A stretch of 64,000 nucleotides of DNA from Amoeboaphelidium protococcarum X5. Lineage: Eukaryota; Fungi; Aphelidiomycota. The stretch covers positions 62,001 to 126,000 of the forward strand of contig JALDTO010000208.1 of assembly GCA_023515725.1 (NCBI GenBank), read 5' to 3'. Positions 27,301 through 41,962 of the stretch are shown piece after piece (within the stretch, counting starts at the first letter, position 1; each line of letters opens with the position of its first letter). Under the pieces are notes generated by a model. It did not search any database and had not been told where the DNA came from. It saw only the letters and a program-made list of their open reading frames with translations. The translations under genes and the position numbers were made by a program.

Positions 27301-28004
27301 GATAAAGTCCACTACGTGCGACAAGGTTGCACTGGGCATCAATGGTGACACGAGAACCTCTACTCTTATTCTGGCTCACATCATTCTATAAGCCATTACT
27401 TTTGTACATTGGGAGGCATAAGGGAATGAAATGAATAGAACCGCGTATCAGTCAACAGTCATCAACGCGCTTTATTGCCTCAGTAACAATCATCACATCA
27501 CAGAATATGATGAATCATTTGGTTTGAAACAATAGTTGATCAACACCGTGTTTGACCTCTGCAGTTATCTTAGACCGGCTTTATACGCATGAAGTATTTA
27601 ACATTTGCCAAGTATGACTTGTCTGATTAGTGATTGAGACAGAACAAGACGTTCCAAAATGTTTTTAATAAAACTCATCGGAAGAGATAGTTACAGTTGA
27701 CGTCAAATACTTTGATGGACTTCTTCCTATCTATCAATTTACGGCACTCTATCTCTATCAACAATTGCAAACTATTCTATATTAACTGAGAATAATCTGT
27801 GATAAAGTAGATATAACTATATGCGCGCACAAAAAACCTCCCCACACACACATTTAATTTAATCTATCAAATCTGACAAACTTTCTTTCTCAGTGTTTCT
27901 CGCTCCCCAATTTATTGTTTTCGTTCCATTGTCTTTTAACGATAATTAGTATCTATCCCAGTTATAGTGGCCCGTCTAGTCATTACTTGGTATTAAAACA
28001 CAAA

Positions 28005-29242
28005 ATGGTAGGATACTTGCTTTTTTGAAATTACAATTATCAACTTCTTAATTATGTAGTCTTCGGCAATGCGCAGAAAAGGTGCCAAGAAGGGCCTCAA
28101 CTTCACCGTCATGATTGCAGGTATGCTTTTTGAATATACATAAGTGCTGTAGCATTTACAATAGATGTAACGATACTGTAGGTGCCGCTGGATTGGGAAA
28201 AGGAACCTTTGTCAATACTCTGTGTGAGCAGTAATTGATCTTGCCAAGAGACGTTCCTGATGCAGAGTCTGCACAGCAGGAGAAGGAGGTTGGGCTGGCT
28301 CCATACAACATTGAGATGGATGAGGAGGGAGTGAAAATTACCTTAACTATAGTTTATACTCCAGATTTTGCATGTAAATTATCGAATGAAAGCAGCTATA
28401 TCCAATGTCTCAATTACATCGAAACTCAGTATGACGAAGCGCTGTTGGAAGAGACTAGAATTAAGAGAAATCCAAAGTTTTAGGATAATAGAGTTCATTG
28501 TCTGCTGTACTTTATCGCTCCGACTGGTCATGCGTTGAAATAATTTGATATCGAATTCATGAAGAGACTAGCTCCAAGAGTGAATATCATTCCAGTGATT
28601 GCCAAAGCTGATACTCTGAGCCCTGAGGAAATCGCCACCTTCAAGCGCCGTATCATGGAAGACATTAATTATCACAAGATTCCAGTTTTCGACTTTCCAT
28701 CAGATCCAGAGAATGATGATGAGGAGACCATAACTGACAATAAAGAGTTGAAAGCCATGATGCCATTTACTGTCATTGGCTCTGAGGGAACGTACTCAGT
28801 TAATGGAAAGAAGGTGAGGGGTCGTCAGTATCAGTGGGGAGTTGCAGAGACTGACAATGCGTAACACTGTGACTTTGGAAGGCTGCGTTACGCTGTGCTG
28901 AACTCTCATCTACAGGATTTGAAAGACATCACGGAAGATTCTCTGTATGAGACTTATCGTACGTTGAAATTGTCTAGTGAGGAGAAGAGCTTGAGCAGGG
29001 ATCAGTCGAAGGAGTATGTGGATAATGTGGAATTGCGCGATGAATTGGCCAAGTAGCACTTGATCAAAGAGGAGCTGTTGAGAAAGGAGAGCCAGCGCCT
29101 TAAGGAGATGGAGACCAAGGTGTAGAATGAGCTTGAGGCTCGTCGCAGAGATTTAATGAAGAAGGAGCAGTCGCTGAAAGATATGGAGAGTCGATATGGC
29201 TCAGATACAGGCAGTAAGGGAAGTGCTGAATTGGGCCATTGA
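28005..29242 (+). CDS. Septin (Cdc11/AspA-like N-terminus) with degenerate G1/G3 motifs
   Basis: MRRKGAKKGLNFTVM, GAAGLGKGTFVNTL, RIKRNPKF(Q)DNRVHCLLYFI, NIIPVIAKADTL, RGRQYQWG, HCDF and a C-terminal coiled coil. Introns 28008-28059 and 28121-28181. Confidence 0.9.
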
Positions 29243-29391
29243 TATTCATATTTTATTAGCTGCTTAACTGTTGGTGTGCATTGTGAAATGTTTTGATATG
29301 AGAAGAATAATAACGTGATAGCTGTAAATGACAATTCTATTATCTTTATTGTCACTTTTTAGTGAAATCAGTACACGTTTACGGCTGATAA

Positions 29392-31215
29392 TCACTGCTT
29401 TCGTTAACCATCTTTCTATTAAAATAGTCTATTCTAAATAGCCTCATACAAAAGTGACATGTCATCAAGGCCTTGAGCACCCAACCCGGTCGACTTGTTG
29501 GACACACTGCCAAATACAGCCTTGTTTTCCTGAGCTCGGCGTATTAGGTAGGGAATGACATCCTCGATAGGACCATACGGAATATATTTACCGACTTGAT
29601 ATCCATTAGCTGCAAGGCTGTAAGAAAGATGATCGTGCATCCCCAGCAGCTGTCCAAAGTACACGATGCCTTTGTCTTTCTATACACCTAATTCTTCCAT
29701 GATTGCACAACATTTCAACACTGACATTCTATTGTGACTTGCAACAACTAAGGATACGCTCTTTTATATGGTATTACTTTTATCATTCGCATCTTGCATA
29801 TTCTTTCTCAATAACAACTCAACAGCCTAATCATAATACTAATCTGTCACTTGTTTGGAATCATTAATGGGATACTTGAGGTTAAGCACTCTGGCTCGCG
29901 AATCTTCACTCTGCATATACGCTCCTCTAACGAGCTTTACAGCAAATAGAAAACCTCCATCATCACCCATATCCGAAAGAGCTAGATCGTTCATCAATCG
30001 CTTGAGGCCATCTTTCAAGTACATTTGATACGTGTTATAAACTCGAGCATTCTCTTTCAGTGGATGATTATACTTGCGCATCATTTTGAGTGCCAGATAA
30101 TCAATGGCACATTAAAAGTAACTCTGTTCAGCATCAATCATCAACCTCACATTCTTCTCCTCTGCCCAACGACACAGTTCATCTAAGCGGCTCTCGATCT
30201 TATGAAGCTCTTTCAAATCATATTCTGAGGCATTAACTCTAAACTTGGGCGATGATGAAGACTGCCTGTTCAAACACCATTCAGCCAGAGGTATCTCGCC
30301 ATAAAATAGTCGAGGCACAGTTTCCAGATTGATTACATGCATCAAATCATTCCATTAGAATTGCTCTTGATCACGATCAAAAAAGTTGTTCATGAAGAAT
30401 TCTGAATTGATTTTAGGATCATAACCAGGGTATTGTTGAACTAATGCTTCCAATTATTTTCGAGTTATTGTACCATCCTAATCTGAATCCAGAAAATTAA
30501 AACCGTCCCAAATGTAATTCAAAGCACCAGATATGTTCAAGAGAGAATTAGTGGATCCCAAGGCTGTGACTTTAATAGCGACGAAATTATCAGAATTAAC
30601 ACTACTCGCGGCATCGATGCACTCCTTGATGAGTTGAACAACACGCTCAGCCCGCAAATCAGATGCAGTCTTTCCATCGGGATATACAGTCATATCTGTA
30701 GCCTCTGTTAGGTCAGACTCCATAGAAAGATCCAGAATAGATGATATACCATTAGACTTTAACGCTGTCATTACAGGGACAACTTCGCTAGCGTTCTCTC
30801 CACCACAGAATTGGGCAAAGAAAGTCCTCTTCACAATCCAGTTGGACAATGAAGATAATCCCACAGACTTGGCCATGGTGAGCAAAGTTTACGATGAACT
30901 GACCAGCAGCTCGATCTAGCAGGCTTTAAATACAAGATAGGAAGTTATTAGTTATCCCAAACTGTTGCTCTAGTATGCAATGGAGTGATCTTGATTATTA
31001 AATTAATCCAAAATCTTCTTGAAATACTTTGATTATTACTACTCCTCATGATGGAGATCATTCAAAACTTCAGACTACTATTACAATTAGACACTCTTGA
31101 AGTGGAATGATGTAAGCAGGGTGCCGAATCCAGCAGCACCGTATAATGACCATTAAATGTGTTTCTTCTGCACTAATCTATCTGCATATGTGGAAAACTA
31201 TCTAAATTTGAACAT
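29392..31215 (-). CDS. PRODH: Mitochondrial proline dehydrogenase
   Basis: TFFAQFCGGE, AIKVTALG, LMIDAEQSYF(Q), NTYQMYLK, VKLVRGAYM, VASHN, FGQLLGM, KYIPYGP..VIPYLIRRAQEN. 607 aa. Confidence 0.95.
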
Positions 31216-31478
31216 GTCAACTTCTTGCAAAAGCACGACCAGTATTCAAAATTCAACGACAATTGGATATCAGGAAGAAGACGTGTATGCAAAATAAAGT
31301 TAGAGTTGAAAAAAACAAATAGTTTACAGTATGATGACGCTTATTGAGCCAGAAGAAGAAGAATCAGGAATGAATGACCAATGACCAATGGAAAGTTGGC
31401 GGAGATTGAAACGGACAAATTAACAACTTCTACCGACTCAATTCTAAAATTCTATTTTTTAATTTGTTTATGACTTTA

Positions 31479-32597
31479 TCAATCAACCTACGTAGTTATT
31501 ATATCTTGTTAAGGTACCATCTCTATGTGTCTACTGCAAGATTAGGCTTCGGGACTTAGTTCAACAATAGTTTAAGCTGTTCCGGTTACCAGATTAGATT
31601 ACTCGTAAAAGGCACTTAAAGAAATAGACGCATCAATTACTGCGTAGAAAAATGCAACGAAAACATTTAACAGGACGCCGAATAGGTAAAAAGATGCACC
31701 TCTATCAGTATATGTAGTTGAAGTCACCCCAAGCATAATAGCAAAAAACGCCCAGCAGTAAATGACAACCAGAACGCGAAACACGACAGTTGAGATTCTA
31801 ATTGCGCAGCTCTTTGACTTCTAAGTAACAACCATCGAGGCTACATATAGACCCAACAGCACCATGCTCACAATGAACATTATCTTGATCTTTACATCCG
31901 GGTACTTCCACGGATGAGTCAAATAATAATTTCTAACATCATCACTGATAACCTCCCAAGAATACGGTCTTCGTTACTAAACTTCTGGAGTTTGCAGCAG
32001 GTAGTCATATAAATAAGTGAATCCCTATAGACGACGGTGACCGCTGGATTACAGAAAGGACTTCAATTCAGGGCTCTTTTCAACGCAGTCTCTGACAAAA
32101 GAGCTCTTCTAAGTCAAAAACTTTATCATCTAGCCGGAGCTCTATTCAGGATTACTTTGCTGCTCGTTCATCAAGGCGATCAACTGATCAGCCTGCGACG
32201 CGTCACCTATCGTCTGCTGCAGGAAACCCTTCAACATGCGTGGCAAATTTGAGCCATCATGACCAGACTGCAACTTGCTCACGACATATTGAGAATGAGT
32301 CTTGAATTTTGGCGCCATTTTTACCATACTTCTAATTGCATTGTCCAAACTGAATGCAGATTGTTTTAAGGTCATATCAGCAAAGTACTTCAAAGTCTTG
32401 AGCAATCCTTGGTCGCCACCAGTCATACCAGTTATCAATTGATCGAATTGATCACTACCAGAGTCACCACCAGCAGCTGCAGACAGGCCATTCAATTGGG
32501 AGTTCATGTTACCAAAGCGCACAGCTTCAATGGTGGGATTCAGACAATTTTGCCACAGTAGCAGCCAAGCAAAGAAGATTGCATAGAATTTACTCAT
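31479..32597 (-). CDS. Uncharacterised protein with signal peptide and three C-terminal TM helices
   Basis: 372-aa code-6 ORF; MSKFYAIFFAWLLLW signal; hydrophobic segments near the C-terminus. Confidence 0.7.
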
Positions 32598-32901
32598 TTT
32601 GCTTAGAAAGTCTTTAGCTGGAAAAGATTAATATAAGGAGTCCACGATATAAAGGCCGGTTTTGTCTGTTTGCGTGTCACCACGTGTCACGACGGGATTC
32701 ACACACGTGTCCGGCTTAAGCGGCCTACTCCTTTGATTTGTCGCCGTCCGACAAAGTCCCAATCAGGATAGTAGTCAAGTCTAGCGATTTGACCATTTGA
32801 TGAGTACAATTTCATTTTCTCTTCTTTGCACAACACTACATATTTCTTGCACTGGGAGGAATTTATTTTAGAAAAGTTTTAACCATATTTTACGCGCAAA
32901 T

Positions 32902-33648
32902 ATGAGATTATTCTTGATTTTAGTTGCTCTGCTCTCTGCTGCTAATTACGCTCACACTATTGTGGATAGGCGCGTAATTAAGCCATTGGACTTAGATTAT
33001 GGCTGCATAGGACCAAACGCACCAAGCTATTTTGGATTTCCGCGCGGTGGTGCTGCTCGTAAAGATCTGCTTGTTGATGTCGACAGCGTGACAGTTTCTG
33101 TGCCGTCTGGTCAAGGCAAGTAGTTTGTAATTCAAGAAGATGAAAGCGCATAACACGCAGCTTTACTGCAGTTGTAAGTCTATGGCTATTTGAAGGCAGA
33201 TATTGTGGTCGACACAAAGCCGATCAAAATTCCAGGGACGATAAAATCGAAGAAGACCGTGTTCAAGAGTGCAGTGGCATCGGTCCAAGTTGGTGAAGGC
33301 TCTGCTGATGATAACGATAGCGCTTTGACATCTGGTACTCAGTCATATTTATCTGCCAGTAAAGTTTCTGCTGGTAGTGCGAATGAAAATAAAGAATTGA
33401 TCCTCATGCCAGGTTGTGACTTGGTTGCCGGCGGGTGTCCTATTTAGAAAAATCATTTCTACACTTTCAAGACTCAGGTAGAAGCTGGTGCTGGAAAGTT
33501 CTTAGACTTTGGAGATAGCGATGCACTATGGGTTTATTTTGACGCGTTTTTACAGACTATTACCGTGCCTGACCACAGTATCGGTGTACCTGATTAGATT
33601 GCTTTTTGCGTTGGTGTCAAGTTGTCCAAGAAGTCTGTTTTTGCTTGA
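32902..33648 (+). CDS. Secreted ML (MD-2/NPC2-like) lipid-recognition domain protein
   Basis: Signal peptide MRLFLILVALLS; GCDLVAGGCPI(Q)KNHFYTFK and terminal IAFCVGVKL resemble the ML-domain Cys pattern. 248 aa. Family call by eye. Confidence 0.6.
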
Positions 33649-33955
33649 CTATTAGTGAAATGATATGATATGATAATATTCAAATAACTCCCTCCTACCA
33701 TCGCGGGTGTGCCTGCGTTATATGATTCTTTTTTCAGCTGGGCACTACATACGGCTAAGATTAAAGGTATGATTCATAAAGTTAAAAATTTATACAGTTA
33801 TTAATTGACGACTTTGCCTTTCCAAAGTTAAGACAGTCTTTATTTAAGTTTAAGTCAGACTTTCATCGCAATTGTTAACAGCGCAATGTTCCACGCGATG
33901 CTTTCGCTCTTGGTTTTCTCCTCACTCACTGACTATACGATCCGCCAGAGTCAGA

Positions 33956-35365
<1,410 letters not shown>

Positions 35366-35447
35366 TCTGGTTGACCGTCCCATGGCATATATTTACGCGT
35401 CACGCTGAAATCGATTTTATTAAAATGATTCTATATAGTGCATGTTC

Positions 35448-35898
35448 TCATAATACTTCTGTAGATTTCTCCGCCATCTTTTTTATACCATGTCTTATCA
35501 CAACAGGATCCAATTTCATCTCTTGATTTATCTTTGCAATCACCTGAGGATTGGCATCAAATAACATGCTCCACTATCTACAATAAACGAAATAGAGACA
35601 GACAGACAGATATAATTATAATCATGCACATAATAATAGATATACTCACCTTCCCTTGTTGAACCATTCGTGATTCTTGCGCATAGCGTAAGCTAGCTGA
35701 TGACTTCCAAAGTTTTCGAATCGTCGAACAACACCGCCATTCGTCAACACCAAAAGTCCAGCTTTCTTGAGCAAATTCTTGGTATGTTCCTACAAAAAGG
35801 AAATGTTATTATCTTATGTTATAAAGAAACTACGCGTCATTCCGTCTTACCGCTGGCACTTGATGCCGACTGATACAAAATAACTCGTATAAAGGCAT
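35448..35898 (-). CDS. MRPS6: Mitochondrial ribosomal protein bS6m (Mrp17)
   Basis: MPLYELFCISR, NGGVVRRFENFG..LAYAMRK, LFDANP, KLDPVVIRH. Introns 35790-35850 and 35578-35649. Confidence 0.85.
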
Positions 35899-36173
35899 TT
35901 CTCTGTTCAGGCTTTGATAACTGAACGATGATAACTTGGCGGTTTTTATGCCGTGTCGATCTACAGTAGAAAAATTCGAGAAACTCATTAACGGCTAACG
36001 CGCGTTTCTCCTTTCACATTTACCTTTTTCATCTTTCCAATGCCTCTCGTTCTCGTTATCATTTAGATGTTACTGAAACGTTGCGACCGATATTCATCTA
36101 TTCATCTGTATTATCTTTGGTCTTTACTTTTTATTAAAGGAAGCAATTGAAGTATAAAAAGTATAAAGCGAAA

Positions 36174-36659
36174 ATGACACAAGGTATGGCTGTGATGAGA
36201 CTGACCGAGGAGCGAAAGCTGTGGAAAAAAGATCATCCATTTGGATTCATCGCAAAGCCAATGAAGAAGTCTGACGGCACACTGGATCTGATGAATTGGC
36301 ACTGCGCCGTGCCAGGTGTAAAGGGCACTCTATGGGAAGGTGGTCTGTACACTGTTAAATTACATTTCAATGCAAATTATCCATCCGAGCCACCCAAATG
36401 TGTATTCTCACCTCCCATCTATCATCCCAATGTCTGGGAATCGGGCATGATTTGTTTGAGCATCATTGATCCGCGATCTGGCTGGAGACCGTCCATTACT
36501 ATCAAGCAAATTCTACTTGGTATTCAGTAGCTATTGGATGAGGTAAACATTCATTCACCTGCTAATATAAAGGCAAATAATGTATATATGAGGAACAAGA
36601 CAGAGTATGCATAGATCATTAAACAGCAAGCTCAGAAGTTTAAAGAGGTTATTGAATGA
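36174..36659 (+). CDS. UBC9: SUMO-conjugating enzyme Ubc9, paralogue 1
   Basis: [53 protein letters not shown]. 161 aa. Confidence 0.9.
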
Positions 36660-37271
36660 TACTGATTGTAGTAATGATTACGTAATTTTTGCATTCTTAT
36701 GATATTTTACATATCTTCTATGGCACACAAGTATATCAGTCCATCTTCCCAAGTGTTGTTTTTAAATGCTATGCTACGCGATGCTAAAGAGTTATGATGT
36801 GAAACGCGCGTCAAAACGTGTTTGAAACCTTTGAGCGTGACCAAAGCGATGTACTAAACTTATACGGATTTTTGATTAATAAATTTTAACATACACGTTA
36901 TCAAATGAAAGTAGTACATATAATATAGCGGAATGTTGACTCGCATTTCCGAAGTGCACATTAGAAGAACACCTACAGATTACGTGCAGTTGTATAAATT
37001 GAACTAATTCTATTAAGCTTAAGGCAAAAGAGTCAAGTGAACAGGAAGTGTATTTACAGTTGTTTCAAACAATTTCTTATATCTTCATTTCGTTTCGCGT
37101 TTGAGCGTTTTCTAGCCAAATCTGGTGCATTAGTAGCTTCCCTTACGCGTTTCTTTTCTCCTTCTTTCGAGAACAGATTTCCGTAAAACAAACGCGTCGC
37201 CACATTTACTGTGAAACGTATCTCTGTCTGTCTGTGCGTCTGTCATCATCATTGGTGCATCTATATATAAT

Positions 37272-37754
37272 ATGAGCATAACATAGGTACGACTGTAAGA
37301 GGAACGAAAGCTGTGGAGAAAAGATCATCCATTTGGGTTCTCTGCAAAGCCCAGGAAGAATGCTGATGGAACACTGAACCTCATGATATGGGATTGTGGA
37401 ATTCCTGGTCCAAAAGGCTCTCTGTGGGAGGGTGGCACGTACATATTGACACTTACATTTCCGGCCACTTATCCAGCTGCTCCTCCAAAGTGTCAATTTA
37501 ATCCAGTGATACTTCATCCAAACATATTCCCGTCGGGCACAGTGTGCCTATCCATCACTAATCCTGATAAAGGTTGGAAACCGTCTATCACTATTAAACA
37601 GATCCTGCTTGGCATTTAGCAGCTGTTGCACGAAGTAAACAATGATGATCCTGCAAATGGTGAAGTATCAATGATCTATCGGCAGAATAGGCCAAAGTAT
37701 GAGCAGATGGTTCGTGACCAGGCCAAAAAGTATTCCACCATGTCATTTGATTGA
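37272..37754 (+). CDS. UBC9: SUMO-conjugating enzyme Ubc9, paralogue 2
   Basis: RL(Q)[50 protein letters not shown](Q). 160 aa. Confidence 0.9.
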
Positions 37755-37896
37755 ATAAATGGCTGTTTTCTTTATTACTTTTATCGCGTTTTGTCGTACC
37801 TTTTCTATCAGTTTTTGTAATAATCTTTGACTTGTTTGTAGTTTAGATATATAGCTTGAAAGGGTCAGTAAAAATATTGATTGATACCTGATTAAT

Positions 37897-39405
37897 ATGG
37901 ACTAATAGTATGATGTAGTGATTAATGGAACCAGTCTTGCTAATTCTATCTTATCTGCAGCACTGTCTAAAGCTGGTGTTAAAGTTTTACATATTGATCA
38001 GAACGGATTTTATGGCGCGTTGTAAGGCACTGTGACTGCTGACTATCTTTTGAAGAGTCAATAATTATAAAAGACTAATAGCAATATTAAGAACGTGTCT
38101 TTTGAATATGCATCTAATGATACTTTGAAATTAGAGGATCTCAATTCTAAGCTGTAGAAAATATATGTAGACGTGGCTCCTTCAGTATTGTATGCGGAAG
38201 GTGAATTGATATAAAATCTAGTCTAAACTGGACTTGGTGAGTACTTGGAATTCCAACTTGTAAAAGGACATTACTATCTACCTTATGACTCTTTGAATAC
38301 TGATGGTAATGATGTGAATATAGAGGATAGTCTCCTACTTGCTGTTCCATAGACAAAGGAGGACGTGTTTAATAACAGTACGTTCTCCCTAGTGGACAAG
38401 AGGCGCCTGATGAAGGCTATTGAATCACTTAGATAGAATATTGATCAATAGTAATAGTAATAACGAGATACTACGTAGTAAGAGTAAGAGGATGTCACTA
38501 TTATGCGACACTAAGGTGATAATGATCAAAATTTCTGTGAGTATATTGATAGTTTCCAATTACCAGTGAATTTTGATGTGATGCTGAAGGATATTGTGAC
38601 ATGTAAACTATCTTCAATGGACTTGAGTTGGTAGCATTACATGGCGGCATTCACAAAGTACGTCAAGTCTATTGGAAAGTACGGGAAATCCCCATTCTTG
38701 TATCCACTTTACGGTATTTCAGAAATTTCACAGGCCTATTGTCGCGTCTCTGCTGTCCATGGATCTACCTTTATACTCGGCTATTAATCACTAGAAGTAT
38801 CGAATGGTTAAGATAATCAGACTAATGTAAGAATTCAGATTGATGGTACTAATTCTGGTGGTGACTCTAATATTTATGAGTGTCAGGCTAGATATATCGT
38901 ATAGGAGTTATAGAAGTAGCGTGGTGATACTGCTACAATGATTGTGAATCGTGCAGTATTCGTTTTTGGTCTATCGTAAGAAGATCAGGGATTGATTTAA
39001 GAATAACACTTCATGTAAAGTGTTATGGTAATTAGCGTACTACCTGGCTAATACGTATATATACGCGTACAAGACTCAACTTCGGAGTGCTGCCCTCCTG
39101 GTTATGTAATATTGAACATGTTCACTGTCTGCAATGATACATCAATGCCAGAATTGTTCTAGAAATGTGCCGAAAAATTGGTGTCGATAATATCAAATGG
39201 TAATCTTAATCTAACTGATTTGCTATTGCTGAAGATATTATTCAGTGTTGAGAATGTTCCCCGCAATGACTTTGCTTTCACTCTGGATGATCATGTCATG
39301 CTGGCGGAGGAGAAGTTCAACTTGATGGTGGTCAAGTTGGGAGTAAATAGAAAATTCTTTGAAGAAGATGAAAGTCAATCTTCAGAAGCTTATGATAATT
39401 TATGA
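37897..39405 (+). CDS. Rab escort protein (Rab GGTase component A, REP/Mrs6; GDI superfamily)
   Basis: YDVVINGT..SILSAALSKAGVKVLHIDQNGFYG, LGEYLEF, VP(Q)TKEDVF..LVDKRRLMK, GKYGKSPFLYPLYGISEISQAYCRVSAVHG. 502 aa. Confidence 0.88.
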
Positions 39406-39444
39406 ACAAAATACTATTTGAATTGGTACAATTAAAGCAAAACT

Positions 39445-41724
39445 TCAAATCTCTGGCTGTGGAAATACATTCGTTCCATTTCCCACCATATTCCATCCAG
39501 TGAACATGAGTGAGAACGCTCTTACCCAACCTAATTTATCTATAAGTCTCTGAGGGATAATAGGAACGTTAGCAATTGATTCTTCAGTGATATTATAAAA
39601 GTTTACCACCATCCGACCAATTTTGACGTTGAGTTTATTGAATCGTAGAGATATTCGAAAGTTTCGCGACCGCCTGGTAAATCCAATGGTTCTGGTCACA
39701 TTACGAAGGGCCATGAAAGCTCTGGTATCGTATCGCATCTTGAACTTGAGCCCGGCGTCTCGCATCAATTACTTGGCATCACTTTAATTCGAGTAAAGAA
39801 GTGGTATACGAACTTCCTCAACATTTAACATTGGAGGCATGACTATAACAGACTCATCCTGGCGCGACGAGTTACGACCAGTTACCCAACCAACAGGTCG
39901 ATTAGTTAGGTACGGAGGTAAGAATACAGATATATCCATATCATCTACAGCTATGGTGCAGTTAAATGGATTGGCGAGGAATACACCGACAGGCAAAAGA
40001 CCAATTACTAGCCTAAATCCTAATCGCACAGTAAGGCCTTGAACAACATCACCCAAACCATTGGAGCCAAACACGGGAATATCTTTAAATAAACGACCGA
40101 TGGCCAATTAGTTACCGACGATAGGACCCAATTTTAGATACTTTTATCCAACATCTACCGATCTCCTTGCCAGCATCTTCTACACGGCGCCCATCAACGG
40201 CTAACCGTACATCAAAGGAGGATAAGCCTGTGAAATATGTCGCGCATCTGGCAAGGCAAGTGTAGAGTTGATAATAGTACGATTTCTCTCAATGGAAACA
40301 TTATTATTAAAGACTAAATCTTCGTTATGATAGAAAGACATCCCACTCAGCGAGAACGGCATGTCAGAGTAATTTCCAGTTATGAGCGCTTTTAAGACTG
40401 CATTGGGCACTAAATTCTCCACCACATGTTCATAACCAGGCTATTTGATAATGTAACCATATATCATTACAGTCGTGTTGGCATGAGGTTAAAGATTCAT
40501 ATCGCGCACAGTCACGTTAGCCACCGTGACATTGGTGTAATTCAACTGCACAAAGTAGTTACCCAGCTATTCAAAATGCAGAGATGTAGGATTATGGAAC
40601 GTGGTAGCAATAGTAAATGGCGTTGATCTAGTGTCCATAGACTGAGAGCCATTAGCCGTTATATTCTCATATGGAGCAATCAGATTATAAAATTCTGGAA
40701 TTCTTGAGTACGTCGCGTCATCATCATACATGGTCAGATTTCCAATGCTCAGATACTCAGAAGTATAATACATAATGCTATCATCACCAGCCAATAGACC
40801 AGCTATCTGCTGAAAGAACCATCCCACTGACATATCTTCTGCTCTGACACTGTTAGGGAAGGTTGCAGTGGTGTTCCGTACCATGACATACTTATTAACA
40901 GGCAAATCGTTGATCTACAACAATCTAATACCACCTACAAGTATCTGCACCAGGCCAACAATGACATCAATCTTGAGTATCACTGGCTTATCATAATCTA
41001 TCAGCACGTTATTGACAGCGGACAGGGGCAACGAGGATCCCAATGACGATGAAGTCACGTTGACGACGCGCCTCCTGTTATAAGCATCTCGATGAGTTAA
41101 AATGTGATCGGTCATCAAGGTGAATGTGTCAAAATCATGAACCACAAAATCCAAATCTAATGTGCAATTATACCCAGCTTGTCTGTACAGTTTCATCTCA
41201 TCTTGTGTCATGTAAGATATGCCTACCAACTTCTCTGCGGAAGTTCCATTGACGAACGGAATCACGTAAGACACGCGAACTCTGAGAGAATCTTTCACTA
41301 CAACATTCACAGGAAGTCCAATTCGAACATAAGAACTTACAGATAGAGATACATTTTAACCTTGCATAGGCCCAATCTTGAGAGCATTCAACTAGAACGC
41401 ATGTATATCAAACTGCTCCGGATACATTACATTTACCCCGAGGATTGCAAGCTAGCGAACGCCATCTGACAACATGTACGCAGTGAATATCATAAAAAGC
41501 AGTAGGCACAGAGCGAGAACACATAAAATTCGATAGCACGCAGGCAGAGACTTATACCAGAGTATTGGCCAACTTTTCAAAGTTCCTGAGGTGGATGACG
41601 CAACTGCGCCTGCTTTGTAAGAATATCTGTCAACAAGAACGGGTCCTGGTACTGCATTGACACTGGCATTAGTATCTAATGCTGAACCCGGCAAACCATC
41701 TCTACTCCGCTACTCGATATCCAT
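39445..41724 (-). CDS. Type II membrane protein with repeated beta-sandwich modules (DUF3712/LEA_2-like)
   Basis: 759-aa code-6 ORF with a single N-proximal TM (CVLALCLLLFMIF) and repeated NP motifs (FHNPTSL, LANPFNCTI), plus many N-glycosylation sequons. Family call by eye. Confidence 0.6.
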
Positions 41725-41962
41725 AAGATAATTGTCCAGTTTTCGCAATATTAAAAGTATTCAATATGTCTAAAAGACTTCTTCTTTACTAGACCTACTG
41801 CACGATTAAGTCTTGTGAGAAAATCACGAGAAACGACGCGGCAGATCTGAGTGGCGCAATCGACCCAAACAGGCAATTCACGCAGATGAATAAAGACTTG
41901 ATATATGGTTTACACATGGTAAAAATATGAAATGATATGAAACATGTGTATTACCTATTGAT

